A stretch of 64,000 nt of DNA from Phoronis australis (GCA_002633005.1 NMRA01000030.1:779491-843490), one strand, 5' to 3'; shown: positions 24,243 to 38,209, counted from the first letter of the stretch. Notes: generated from the sequence alone by a model not told the origin. Numbers and translations: made by a program.

Positions 24243-27200
24243 AATAGGATCTAGACTGGGTTATTGTTTCTGGGGGGTGGGGGTGGGTGGGTACGGGAGT
24301 GTCAATTTTATTGCATGTCAGTCAGTACAGCCCTTCCTTATAGTTGGATAAGAACATTCAAAACAATCAATATTCCTCCATGACGTTCAATTTCACCGGA
24401 TTGGCCAGTCAGCGACCATATCACTATCAACATATTGAATGATCTTCTTGTGAGCTCATTCTGTTCATTTATTTATAGGACTGAATTATGACCGGCTTGA
24501 TCAGTAGTTTGGGATTTACCTGGCAACTGGTTCCCTGGCAGTTGGCATTGTCAATCCATGTTTTCTGACGTCATATACCATCTGGCCATGTTGGTGTTCA
24601 TCCCGACCCAGTTTTGGCTAAAAGCTCTGAATAATCATCACCAGACTAATTATCTGAACACAATATTAAGTCAGCTGAGGCAATCATCACAACTTTTAAT
24701 GTGACTTAAGATGAGTTATTATAACGCCTTTAGTGTACAGTGGTGTCATGGCTGGAGCTCTTAGTTGGTATATCTGGTGTGTTAAACTTTATTAATTTAG
24801 TTTTGAATCTTGTGCTGTGTTTGTTCCTCTAAAAGCAGGCTGCACCTCACACTACAATACAAGTTAGTTATGGTAAATGATGCCTTATTTTGGTGTTTGT
24901 TACAAGCTACTAAGTGCAAAACTTGAATGAATGGCACCACTACACCTATTGATTTGAAGCCTGTGAGTCTTTACTTAAGTCAAATATTAGTTGGTGTGGA
25001 TGAATGATTTATTACATTCGATATCAGTATCTGTTATGAAAACGCATGCATAAGTAGATTGGTCAAACTGAATCCATTGATTTAAGGATCTTGAACCCAC
25101 TTCAAAATTACAGAGGCTGTGACTTTCTAATAAACATACATAGTAATAATTCTTCAAGATTGGGACAAAACATACAATCTTTTTTATTTTTCAAAAACTA
25201 AACATTAGCAAATGGTCAAAGTTTTGCCAGTTGTTGGTTGCAACCATTCAAATATACATACCATGTGACCGGTACAGAAATACTTTCTCAATTTCACTTC
25301 ATTGACAGACACTGGATTTCATGAAGGTCTCACCATGTGTAAAGCTTTCTTACTTCTAGTTAATTTTGGTGAGAAATATTACTATGTGAACCTGTTTTTG
25401 CTTTCATTGCTGTTTAGATTGTCAACCCAAACATTATTCCCACTTCCGGTATGTATTAAGACTTGAACTTATGATTTTAAACTCAAGTTCCATTATATAA
25501 AACGAATACATGTGAATGGCTTTAATGATGTATGATATAGCTGTCTGCTAGGAAAACATATGCAAACTTAATGGATAAGCAAAACTGCATCCATTGATTA
25601 AAAGCATATGATTCATTACATAAAACAAACACATGTTGGGGATTAATGTACTGATTATCCCTCTGCTGTGTCTGTCGCCATAGTTAATTTTTATGAGTGT
25701 GGCTTGGTAAAATACCACAGATAGCACCCTCGACTTTTTCCTATTAATTTTCCTTGATTTGAACTTATGCATTCACAATGTGCAGTGTTAAACAAACCGT
25801 ATTAGCAGTTTCTGTGGTTAAGTTTTGAGGAAGTTTTAACCAATGCATTTAAAGTTATGACACGTTTTTTAGTTTTTCTCGAACTAAGTCAAGCTCTGTC
25901 ATTTTCTAGAGCTTTATGGTATTTGAATGCAAACAATTAAAAAGTTGTGTTGTAATGTCATGTTTGAATTTTTATTACATCAGTCTAGTGTGCACACCTA
26001 CTGAACGGGTTTTGTGTATTAGTGAAACATTCAATAACATGCTAACAACATAGTTCTTGAGAACACAGATTTTTACTGATTGACTGCTGTTTATTAGTGA
26101 AGCATTCAGTAATATTACACTGACCAAATTAATATATTTTTGGTTCTCAAATTTTAAAGTTTTATTTCAAATTCACACGGCAATGGTGCTATGTTTCTGG
26201 ATATTGTAAGTTGTAAAAAGTGCTGTTTTACTAGGTAGAGTTTCCTAAATTTGAACTTGGATTAGGTAAAAATTACAAGTAAGTGTTGATTCCTTTTAAC
26301 AAACATTGACACCGTTTCTGTTCTTGGGTTCGAAAGTTAGATTTTGGTAGTTGTGTCTCAAAATATGTTAGTTGTTGCTCAAACTGAAAGTGAGCAAATA
26401 TGTTGTGTTGTATTATGAAGTGCATTTTTTCTTCTACATTTTCTATTTGAAATGATGCATTTGTGTGGTGCCATCAGGCATAGATATATGTTCACAGCTG
26501 TATTGGACTCACTCTACTAAGAGTACCCAACAATGTGTTACATTGCTTTGTTGAATAACTTGACAATACTGTCATGTGACAAGTTGATGTTGTCCACTAC
26601 TCTGTGTTTCATGACATTGTGATGTACCTTCATTACACATTTATTCACTAAGTACCAGGCCAATGGGGAAGATCACTGTACCATCTATTTACAATAACGA
26701 CAGCACATGCAACATGGGAGACTTAACAACACAAATGGTAAATTTTTAGATATTCTCGTGATATTATTATTTAAAAACATGGAAAAAGACTCTTTCATTG
26801 ATTTTTGTTATGGCACTCCATGTAAATGCATGTGGCACATCTTTTATCTTGAATAATACCGTATTGCCAGCGTTGAAGGAAATTCCAGAAAATAATTATG
26901 CTACTCTCATCCATGGTTAGTCTGCCACATAAGCACTATTACGGTGGTGCGTTGGTTAATTTCGGTGGCCTTCGGCAAGAAACACTCAATCAGCCTTGTA
27001 TATTCGTGACGTCCGTTACATGAGTAATCAAGCCGAGGCTCTGTGCGGGCATTTTACAGAAATTAATGACAGTTGATCACCTGCGTGTCGGTATTAAAAA
27101 GTCTTGCTTGCACCCTACTGATACGTTCCAGTCAAGTATTGACAGTCAGATTATTATAGCCATTCTGAGCAGGCGGGATCTATTCCCCTTTGACTGCACT

Positions 27201-27825
27201 CTTACATTCACCAGTTCTGAAGAGGTTCTACAAACAGGTTTGTAAACTCTATGCTTCATTGGGTGCAGACACAGACAGACCAGTATAAGTGTGCTAAGTC
27301 AAGGAGGACTGGAGGACCTTAGAGTTTCACTACACTTACTTAGACAGCCCCACTGCTGCAGAAAACTCGTGTCTCAAATCTCTGGTACAATGCCACAGGG
27401 CTGACTCTCATGTTATGGCAAAAGGGAATTTTTTCTTCTTCAACATGCTCATTTAATTAGATACTAGTGTTTCTCTCGGTAATCAAAGGAAGCTCAGACA
27501 AGTTAAGGTGCACAAATTGCAAATTTTTGTTTTTGAAGCCATTCCTTGAATAATCCAAGCAGCACTGATCCATAGCTGTTGGTACTCTGCCCATGTTGGA
27601 ACTGCCAATTTCTATCTACCGTAAAAGCTCGGGTAAATGCCCATGTTCACTTAACCGCCCATCCCCAACTTTAGGTGGATTTCCAATTAGTGCCCACTGC
27701 TCGGTTAAGCGCCCCCTGCGATTTTTGAAGATTTCCAGTTAAGCATCCGCCTCTCGGTTTAGCGCCCATCCCCGACTTTTAAAGAGGGAAGATTTAGCAC
27801 CCAGTGCTAAGGAAATGTGCGATTC

Positions 27826-28785
27826 CCCGCGATTTTCGGACGGCCCACCATTTTGCGACAATATTTTATTTCTGAAATGAGTTTTTCATAGTCCACGGAA
27901 TTCGTACAAGGTCCAAAAACTGTTTTTCAATGATTTTTGTCCCACGACTTTCGGACAAGGAAAATTTTAGAAACGGTAATTTCGGATCGACGCAACTCCC
28001 GTGTCACTAAAGCGTTCAACGGATGATTACTACTGTATAAGGCTTGAATCTGAGAATCGGTATAACGGGCTTTGTAATTTTTACCTTGTCTTGACGATGT
28101 CGTGACCGTTACTCGATTGTCTTGCGTTTTGCTTGTGTTTGGCGCTTTATCTATCAAAAGAATCACCCAGTCTTGCATGACGAAAATTTCTGATGAAAAT
28201 ACAAATGGGAAATACACCGAAGGCTGCAACTTTTCGTTGTAGCGTGACAATAATATGTGCCCTGGTTTAATTAGACCGTGCTGTTCGACTTCCGACTGTG
28301 ACATTGAACTTGCATGTCTGACATCAACTTGCGTGTTTACGAAACTTTTTATTTTTAAAACATGCTAGCCTTACGAAACTTTTTATTTTTAAAACATGCT
28401 AGCCTTTGCAAATGCCCTTATCAGTGGCTAAAATCTCCCGACCACGTGTCCGGATTTTATCCTTGACGCGATGAGAAATATTTTTGGACAACGCACATTT
28501 CTTTTTGGGAAATCCCGTTTTTCAAAAATTAATGGCGCAGACCGTTTGAGTTTCATTGACCAGCAATTTTACTGCTATCAAATGACCGAGTCATATCCGA
28601 GCCGGCAACGTTGATACTGCGACTGCTCATCGAAATAATGTACACCCACGAAATTCGGACACAAGCGGAAACCCAAATGTGGAGGTCCGCCAAATTTGGA
28701 CACCACAAAAATGATGTTTCTCAAGATTTGTCCAAGAATGATTTTTCTCTATTGGAATTAATTTTGAGTATCCGAAAATCGCGTG
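27826..28785. mobile_element. ~960-bp TIR insertion nested in family A copy 3 (possibly CMC/EnSpm-Chapaev-like, CAC terminus)
   Basis: CGCGATTTTCGGA (27828-27840) and TCCGAAAATCGCG(TG) (28771-28785) are inverted repeats. The segment is absent from copies 1 and 2. Internal ~34-bp tandem duplication at ~28337-28405. TSD not resolved; superfamily tentative. Confidence 0.65.
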
Positions 28786-29138
28786 ACTTTACCGTAGATA
28801 AAGATCGATGATCACAATAAACGCAACGACACCGGGCCTCCGAGACAACGGTTAGCAATGTGAATTACAATACAAGTAACGAATTATTGTCCTGGGTCAT
28901 GGACTTACTTCAAAATATAATACTTGAACATTTTTGTCACTTTATTTTCTTCCATGTTCGCAAAGTTTAAGAACCCCGCTGGCGTCAAAACATTGCTTTC
29001 AGTGACTATGTCTGCTGCGCTGAGTTTTTTGTCTGCAGTGCACTAGATAAAACATGTTCGAAAAAATCAGGCCAGAGAAATGTGGCAATGGTTTTGCCAA
29101 TTCTCCAAATTCTCTTACGATGGAAAGCTCTTGTATTG

Positions 29139-31131
29139 TTATGCGCCCACATATTTATATGTGGACGCATTATGCCGTCATCTCTGTCCGTCCGTCCGGC
29201 CGGCCGGCCGTCCGTCCGGCCGTCCGTCTGGGCGGCGTCCGGCGTCCGCTGCTCTATCTCCAAAACCCTTTGACATACGTTCATGAAATTTGGCACATAT
29301 GTTCCATTCATGAATGGGACGGCATGTGCGAACTTTCGGACGGATCCGACTACCGGTGTGCCCCCTAGTGGCAATTTTAGTTTTTTACGCTTACCTTTGT
29401 ATCTTCAAAAGTCCTGAACGGATTTTCATGAAATTTGGTATGTAGGCACCTAGTAGTGAGATGACGCTATCCTGCCGTTTTCGGATGGATTCGACATAGT
29501 TTGCGCCACCTAGTGGCCATTTTTACTGTTTTCGAGTCTGTTTTTGTGCTTCCACCCCTCTATCAACCAAACCGCTCAAAGGATGATTGTGAAAATTGGC
29601 ATGTATGTGCTTACTATGTAGAGGACGGTTGACGATGATTTTCCGACGATTTCGACTACTGTGGCGCCTCCTAGTGGCAGTTTTGTTTTTTTTGCGCCTA
29701 TGGCTGTATCTCCTAAACCGTTCGCAGGATCTTTACGAAATTGTGTAAGTATATTTATATGATGTTAACAACGGAAGATGACGACTTTTGGACGGATCCG
29801 ACTACAGGTGTGCCCCCTAGTGGCAATTTTAATTTTTTTACTCTTACCTTTGTATCTTCACAAGTCTTTAACGGATTTTCATGAAATTTGGTATGTAGGC
29901 ACCTTTTAGTGAGATGACGCTATCCTCCTGTTTTCAGATGGATTTGACGTAGTTTGCGCCACCTAGTGGCCATTTTTAGTGTTTTCGAGTCTGTTTTTGT
30001 GCGTCCACCCCTCTATCAATTAAACCGCTCAAAAGATGATTGTGAAAATTGGCATGTATATGCTTACTATGTAGAGGACGGTTGACGATGTTTTTCCGAC
30101 GATTTCGACTACTGTGGCGCCTCCTAGTGGTAGTTTTGTTTTTTTTTGCGCCTATGGCTGTATCTCCTAAACCTTTCGCGGGATCTTTACGAAATTGTGT
30201 AAGTATATTTATATGATGTTAACAACGGAAGATGATGACTTTTGGACGGATCAGACTACTGGTGTGCCCCCTAGTGGCAATTTTAGTTTTGTACGCTTAC
30301 CTTTGTATCTTCAAAAGTCCTGAACAGATTTTCATGAAATTTGGTATGTAGGCACCTATTAGTGAGATGACGCTATCTTTCCGCTTTCAGATATATTCGA
30401 CATAGTTTGCGCCACCTAGTGAGTCTGTATTTTTGCGTCCACCCCTCTATCGATCAAACCGCTCAAAGGATGATTGTGAAAATTGCCGTGTATGTGCTTA
30501 CTATAAGGAAGACAGCTGACAATGATTTTCAGACGATTTGGACTACTGTGGCGCCTCCTAGTGGCAGTTTTTTTTTTGCGCCCATTGCTGTATCTCCCAA
30601 ACCGTTTGCAGGATCTTTACTAAATTTAGCATGTGTATTTATGTGATGTTGACAACGGACGATGAGTACTTTAGGATGATGCTGACTACCGGTATGCCTC
30701 TAGTGGCAATTTTAGTATTTGCCTCTAGTGGCAATTTTAGTATTTTTCATTGACCTCTGTATTTTCATAGGTCTTCAGGTGTATGCTTTGTGTTACTTCG
30801 TGACTATGAAGGAAAAGTTCCAAGTAGAAATTTGTTTCTGGCATTCTAATGCTGTTCTAATCTCGTATGCTGGTAAGTTTGTTTTTAATTCTATGTTTCT
30901 GTGGTGCTTTAAGCAACTGGTGTATAGGACGTGCTTGTATTATGAAGATTACTCACATTTTGCCCCTAGCCTATTGAGGAGAGAATGACCATGCCTTTCC
31001 ATTTTGCTAAGAACAACATACTACATATATGCCCTATACTGGCCACTTTATGGTACCACTAAACAACCCTAGAGGGATACCGTATGCGGTGCAATTGTGG
31101 GCGCATTTCAACGCTCTGCGTTGCTCTTGTT
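29139..31131 (+). mobile_element. Well-preserved HINE/DINE-1-like non-autonomous Helentron with ~453-bp higher-order central repeat
   Basis: subTIRs ATGCGCCCACA (29141) and TGTGGGCGCAT (31096). 5' partial inverted repeat ATGCGCCCACATA-TTTA-TATGTGGACGCAT, then a GTCC microsatellite. Central repeats start at 29341, 29793 and 30247. 3' hairpin CAACGC-TCT-GCGTTG followed by CTCTTGTT. Inserted at a T-rich site of the host MITE. Matches the established DINE-1/HINE layout. Confidence 0.9.
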
Positions 31132-34100
31132 AAGAAATCTTATAACTCGCGGAAAGATGTCAAATTCTCACTATTTTGATGAATGTAACTGCCGGGTTAT
31201 ATAGAGGATGTGTGGCGACCGAAGGGACAGTGTGCCTTACTGGGCTACCGGCTGCCTCTCGATTTCTGAGTTCAAGGTTGGCAATACGTTACTGTATGTT
31301 TTGTATCATCTTGAGGTAATAAAAAAATGCTAGTCAAATTTTGTTTTTTGCTTTTTGCTTATTGCATCTCAGTCAAACTGGCGTTAGCAGATTTAACTTT
31401 TGTCGCAGACTGTTCTTCACTGTGACTTCTTGCGTCAACCCTCACCTGGGTGTGACTGTGAATTATCGTTTCCACATTCCGTTTTTAACCATTCATAATA
31501 ATTTTGTTTATACATTGGCCAGTTTCAGCCTGAACAAAAGTTCTTACCATTTGAGTCTGAAATATCTACGATGTAGACTGACTGAAAATTGGCGATAGTG
31601 GGTAGGAGGTACACGTACGCAATTAGCTTACCGGCTTGGCACACAGGCCTAGGGAACATCGAGCCGGGAAATATCGGAATAGACTTGAAATCGCAGTTTT
31701 GTGGAACATTGGAACGGAGGAATATTGCAAAGCAACGGGTCTTTCGTAACAACAGCTTAAAAGTACATAGTCACGCCCGTTTCGGTTACTTAGGACTGTC
31801 GCTTGTCTTTTGATGTGCGACTTTGTAGTGGTGCACGGGCGTATTAGTTCCCACACTTTGGAGTGCATGCTACCTTGACACCAACATATGATTGACAGGT
31901 GACTCATACGTAGGCCCTACTTGTGTGCTGAATCCCGCCGCTATATTTGGCCATAAAAAACGAGATGCATATTGAAAGAGGCTGTTATATTACTTGACGG
32001 CATTTCCAAATCATGATTGTCAGCCGACTGAGACATTGCGCGCACTACAGCGGGACCGAACAGTGCCGCAATGCGATATTGCAGGTGATATTATGGTAGG
32101 GTAATCTGGACATCTTGGATGTAAAATAAATGTTTTTCCACCTCGAAGTTTGGTAAGGTGATCATTTAAGAACGAATTGAAACATCGCTGTTTTGTGATG
32201 TTTTATCTCATATTTATGCTGTGGCTCGAAATTTTATGCTTGATTGATGACTGGCTCACCCCCGATTCTAATGTCTTACTTCTTTGTCGAGCATGTTTGA
32301 CGCAACGGCAAGTGAGCAATGCCCGGCGGTCGAGATAAAACTGCTAGCTGCAGAACCATACGCTGAAAATGTCATTGAGTCCTGGAGTGTCGAGTATAAA
32401 CACAAAAACATGAATTAAGTTTTTCAAACTTTTATTACAACTATTTTTAAAACTGCTCTTTGACTCAGAACGTGACAGCTAGCATGAGACTGTATCCACA
32501 AATTTGATTTTTGTTGTGAACTCTGCGACACGTGAAGCTTGCACGCACGCACTTTAGCAGTCACGTCTTGAAATAGTTGCAATCCAAGTGGAGGCTGCAT
32601 GGTCACTGGTCGTCTGCGCACTACAGATCTAACAAAGTAACAGGACATTAGGACGGCACGGGGCTATTACTGAGCAATTTTATAAATTTGAAAGTGAATT
32701 ACTAACCTGAGAGCAAGAGAACCTTTGTTGGGATCATCCGCTGTTATGACGTTTTTATCGTTATTTGGCGACGTGACGACAAAGCTCTTTGAAAAGTGCT
32801 ACGCGTTCCGAGTACGTGTGTCGTGTGGGTTCTTAGATCGCGAGGTAAGATTAACGGCCCAGGGCGGTTGTCTGTCATAATAAGCACCCATGCTCAGTTA
32901 ACCGCCCACCCCAGGATTTCTCGAAATTTCATGTTTAAGCGCCTATGTCTGGTTAACTGCCCATCCCCGAATTTTTGTGTTTGCCAATTTAACCGCCCAG
33001 GGCGTTAACCTGAACGTTTACGGTATATAATTTAAGTGTTGCAACACTTGTGTCTATACCAGAAGGTGTGTTAATCTAGAATAGGCATGCTGTCTTACAG
33101 GGGCAACCGACACCTTCACATTGCAATGGGTATGCTGTCTTACAGGGGTGACCTTCACATTGCTGAGAACTTCTTTGAAACACCAAGAGGGATAGGAGTT
33201 GTGCAGTTGTTCGAAATAAACCCTTGAAGCTTTCTGCCCACTTGAACAAAAATGGAAGAAAAACATAAATGATGTTCGAATGTTGCTCTGAATAAAAAAA
33301 TGGTGAGCTTTAATTACTGGGTTGTTGTTGCAAGGCATTTTGAGGCTTGAGGGCACTTGAGGCTGTAGTAAAGATAGTGTGGCATGTCTATATACCTTGT
33401 CATCCTGTTGCGTAGTTGGATGGTATGTCAGTCAGACAGACTTCTGCTCTGATAATTTGGAAGCTAACCATAATTTGGCATGTTCCGACCAAAGGTAAGA
33501 ATGACAGTTATATGGGTTTCATTCAGCAAGGTGCTGAATGCAGTATTTGCATGCTTCTATGGCAAAGTTTTCTGAAATTCGCATAAAAAGAATGGCCAAA
33601 ATAGTCATTGTCACTCATTTTGCCCAAAACTTTCAAAGTTTCATTTTGTGTTTCTTGGTGACAGGGAAACTATGTAAATTTTTCAAATAATCAAAAGAAA
33701 TGTCTTCTTGTTTACTCTTGTAGAATTTTTTGATAAAATAATTTTTTTTGTTCTGCCATATTGCATTTGAATTTAAAGAAACATTGCTGTATTTATTTGA
33801 TTTTACGACATTCTTTCGTGACACTGACTAAAATAGATATTACTTACTATAGTAGCAATTGATTGCGAAAGCAAGTTTTGAACCTTAACTAAAATCAATA
33901 GTTTAAAACAATGGTTTATTCAGAATGTCACTTTTGTTCGAAACAAAAAAATCAAGAATTGTGGTTATATATTTGGCAAGTAGCATTTTGTTTTCCTCAT
34001 GGTGCCACCTGGGAATTGCGACATAGAGTACTGCAATGCATGAGTCTACAGAAAGCACCACAGGCTAAGCATTTTCAATTGGTTTATATTTCACAAATAC

Positions 34101-34302
34101 TGGGGATTTATGCGAGAAACTTCAGTTCTGTTAAAAGGAATAAGTCAAAGATAGTAATGAATGAAAGCGGAAACAATCATTTGTGTGTTGCTTTTATCCT
34201 TTAACAGAAAGAAAATTATACAGTTTGCACAGTTTTGCTTCATTATTTTTACATTTTATGTTTTACAGCTGCCATGGAAAAAATACAATGAAATTTTGAA
34301 AA

Positions 34303-34750
34303 TTTATTGTACCCACATGTTTATGTATAGGTGCATTATGGCCTCATCTCCATCCGTCTGTTGTTATATCTCCAAACCCCTTGATGGATGCTCGTAAAAT
34401 TTTGCAAATAAGTTACTGTGGCATAGACGACAGCACCTTCCCTGCTTCAGATGGATTTTGCCTACGTACTTTCCATCCCCTAGTGGTCTTTCTGTTGTTT
34501 TTGTGTCCTTCATTGTTTGCCTCTATATCCTCTAAATTTCTTGAAGATTCATGATGAAAGATGGCAGGTGTGTTTCTATTGAGGAGAGCATTTCTGATTT
34601 CTATTGTACCCCTTAGAGGATGTTATTATTTTTTTTAGTATTGCTCTGTTTGGTAGGGATCATTAAAATAATTATCTTGTGTCTAAGTTGTATGTGATGG
34701 ACAACCATGCACACTGTGGGTGCATACCCACTTTATGCATTGCTCTTGTT
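34303..34750 (+). mobile_element. Old short HINE copy
   Basis: TTTATTGTACCCACATG...GTGCATTATG...CCATCCGTCTG start; GTGGGTGCATA...TTGCTCTTGTT end; CCCCTAGTGG motif inside. Confidence 0.65.
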
Positions 34751-35719
34751 AACAATGCAGTAAGCTTTTGAAAAATGGCAATTTTGACAAGTATTTTTGT
34801 TTGAGGAAATTTTACCTTGAACAGCACTGGCTGACATGTATCTGCTGCTACCTTATGAAAGAAGGGTTCAGTTTCATCCTACAGCAACCTCATGGCATAT
34901 TCTGACTGTACCCTAACCATGACCCTGAGTGTTACCAAATGGCAATCTGTCATCCAACTTCCTTACCATGCTGACACTTACAAACTGTCTAGACCTAACT
35001 CTCCACTTGGGTGTATAATTAACAACAAGTATATGCGTTTCCCATTAATTTTTGTTCAGAGTGGTTGTAATTCAACTTTTCATCTACCTAACCTGTATGA
35101 GATAACATTAGATTTGCGAGTCACCACCATAATGTCATATAAATTGATTGATTTTCCAAATTAATGTTTGTGTGTTGATGAACATTTTGAGACTGTTAAT
35201 AGTAATTTAGCTTGCACTTATTATGGACTACTCTACTATACACTAAATTCATCTTGCTTAAATGATCCTTTGATCTAGCAAAATTAGTTAAGTTTATGTA
35301 AGACTGCATTGACCAGTCTACGTACGTAGCCAAATGTCTAAAAAGATCTATAGATTTTAACGCAGTTAAAACATATTTTTTCTGAAAGTTGAAAACCTAT
35401 TGAGTACGACTTTTTACCAGTCTGCCATTAATTGGGTCACACGTGACCATGTCTTTCAGTATAATTTAGCAGAAAAGGAAGGTACAATGATAGCAATGTT
35501 ATCAATAGCATAAACTAAAGATAGCCAGCTTGAATTACGTTGCTGACCCCCCATCCCCCCTGACCTCCCTATCCCCCTTGACCTACGATGTTATCCAAGG
35601 TTGCATAACAGGAGTTACAAAAAGAAGACATCAGGTCTCCAAATTAATTCTAATGCATTCTAATTTCTTTCAAATGTCCGTCACTTTGCCGATGGTACAG
35701 TTTTCTATTGACCCATTGC

Positions 35720-36636
35720 TTCCCCCCATGATTGCCAAATACTTCAGCAAGACTAGCCTGTTGGGAAAAATCCTGGAAAATGGATTTCAACATCTCCAAA
35801 TGCAATATTCTACGTGTCCACCGAAAACATTCCCCCATGATATACAATTACAGTCCTCACAACACTTCGCTCAAATGCATCAATCAAGTCCCATACCTTG
35901 GTGTCACTCTCATCTATAACTTATCATGGAACACTCACATAGACACAATCACCTCTAAGGCAAACAGAACTCTTGGCTTCATTAAACACAATCTTAAATA
36001 TGTTCCCCAAGAAACAAAAGCCCTTACCTACATTTCACTTGTTAGACCGAAACTCGAATACTCCTCCTCCATCTGGGATTCCCCCACTTGTTCCAATATG
36101 GAAAGGTAGAAAAAATACAACATAGAGCTGCCAGATTCGTCCTAAATGACCACTCAAGATACTCATCTGCCTCATCCATGCTTGCAACTCTTAAATGGCC
36201 CATCCTTCAAGAAAGACGAGCTCAAAATAAACTGTCCGGCTCCTGTACAAGACCGTACATAACCTGGTTGGTATTCCCCACTCATACCTTCCACCCCTAC
36301 ATATCTCTAGATCACGTAACTCCCACTCTCATACCTTTTAGAGATCATACATCCACACTGCATACTATGCAAACTCTTTCTTCCCATCTACCATTTTACT
36401 CTGGAACAGACTCCCACAATTCGTTGTCTCATCAGACACAATAGAGATGTTCACAGGTAATATCTTGAACATCAATCTTACACAGTAAACAGTAAAACTT
36501 GTTTTTATCCTGGCACTTAAACCTGGCTCTTTGTTTTGTTATTTTCACAGTTTTGCACAGTTCAGTTTATTATTAACATGTACCAACATGTAAGGATTGA
36601 TATTACGATCGTTTGTTGTTAACAGGAAGAAGAAAG
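35720..36636 (+). mobile_element. 5'-truncated, frameshifted CR1/L2-group LINE (RT C-terminal region plus 3' tail)
   Basis: ORFs 35732-36109 and 36088-36444 read WKMDFNISKC...YLGV...LSWNTHI...KANRTLGFIK...LVRPKLEYSSSIW...EKIQHRAARFV...MLATLKWPILQERR, typical of the CR1/L2-group RT thumb region. GAAGAAGAA tail at ~36626. Confidence 0.9.
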
Positions 36637-36649
36637 GAAAAATGACCTA

Positions 36650-37452
36650 CTGATTGTGAACACTTCTGCACCCTTACACCTCCCGAATCTCCCGAAAAAT
36701 AACTGTTAGATTGTCACGCATCCAGTCACCCAGTAACTCAATGACATCGGCCTTACCGAGACAATTCTCGAACGTTTTTAGCAGATGAGATCAACAAGTG
36801 CTAAATAAAACACGTCCTGCTTTACTGCTTATGTTTTCCTTAGTTACAATGCACACCTAGATCCTTGCATCACGTTTACTGTGGTAAATGAAATCTGATG
36901 ACACACACGCACTCACTCTCTCACACAATATGCAGACGAACTTCAAAACAAACATCACTGACAACAACATGTGTGTTCATCCAGAAATTTTTCTCGTGTT
37001 GCAGAGTACAATCTAGCGCAGATTTGGACTTAATATGTAGTTAATCCCGACTCCACAGCTACTTTAAAATCTTAGGGATGCTACTTTGAAAACTTAAGGA
37101 GGACTTCAGGTAATTTGTTGAGTCGAAGCCATATTTTTACTCAAGAATTCAAGTTGACCTATTGGCGATCGTGAGGCAACAATGCATCAGTCGGCGAGTT
37201 TTCGCATTGGGATTTTCTGAAAAATGCTCATAATTTAACAGCAAAGTTTGATAGCAATGCGCTGCAGTATTGCAGAAACTCTGTCATAGGTTACAGGTGT
37301 GTCACAGAGCGTAAATTTGATGAATTCTATTAAGCTTATGATTTCACCTGTTTCAGAGACCGGGTTTCAACCACTTTTGAGCAATAATAAGTGCCTCCCT
37401 TCTTGAAGCGAATTTTTCTAAGCGCCCTGGGCACTTATTAGGGTGAATACGG
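36650..37452 (+). mobile_element. Right half of pogo-type family C element (homologous to 55615-56409)
   Basis: Collinear similarity (CACCCTTACACC...GCAGACGAACTTCAAAACAAAC...GAGACCGGGTTTCAACC). Ends CTAAGCGCCCTGGGCACTTATTAGGGTGAATACGG|TA. Confidence 0.8.
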
Positions 37453-38209
37453 TAGCGACCACACTGCCCTTTAATTGTTGAAGAAAGCTGTTGCCCCTGG
37501 CGTTAACTTTGATGAGACTGAAGTTAACTGTTCGTACCACACCGCAGTGTTGATGCTTCGCTGTTTAATCCACCTGTTTACTGCGATGTTATCTGGCACT
37601 GTTAACTTCGATCCAGGACTGAAGTTAAGCATTCATACTGAACGCAACTCCCCAAAATGCCGACATCAGTATGAAAGGGCCTTGCAACAAATGACCCTGG
37701 TTGTCTGCAAGGAAATTCGAGCTTAGAATTTGATACAAAATATTGATTTGACAATATTAAGCTTGACCAAGCTTAGTTGCACGTATTACTTGAATAGCAA
37801 AGCTGGCTTCAACATAGAACTATGTGCGGGGGTTAATGCATAGTTTTGGTTATAACTTTCTGAACTAATGTCAAATGATGAATACCTAGTTGTATGATGT
37901 AACTGAAGTCATCCTGCTGGCCCTTAAAGCACCATGTTTTGTTTTACTTCACAGAATATTGGCTCACAGGCACTCTTGTCAGCCACTCAGTTTATGGCAC
38001 TATGGAAAGTATAAGAACGATTCAATATGACCTCCTCCAGCAAGCGCCTCAGTAATAGTCTAAACCTTGCAAATCTGGGGATTATTTACATCAGACTTAA
38101 TCGTTGGCTTTGGCATGTTCAATTACTTTTATTTTGTTGGCAACAACACCAAAAAATGTCATCAGTAACATTTTTCTAAATCACCTGTAAACATCGACAA
38201 CAGAGTCAC

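Larger units (their letters stand above)
27619..33023 (+). mobile_element. pogo/Tc1-mariner-type family A, copy 3, interrupted by two nested insertions
   Basis: TA|CCGTAAAAGCTCGGGTAAATGCCC ... GGGCGTTAACCTGAACGTTTACGG|TA. Segments 27619-27825, 28786-29138 and 31132-33023 join into a sequence collinear with the reverse complement of copy 2. Confidence 0.9.

Noticed and set aside
23790-24254. 154-aa Cys/Leu-rich repeat ORF
   Set aside because: Minisatellite translation.
37940-38015. Polypyrimidine-CAG acceptor-like sites (also ~10770, 46010, 46450, 53770) as exons
   Set aside because: No consistent donor pairing or recognisable peptide; such sites occur by chance in AT-rich DNA.
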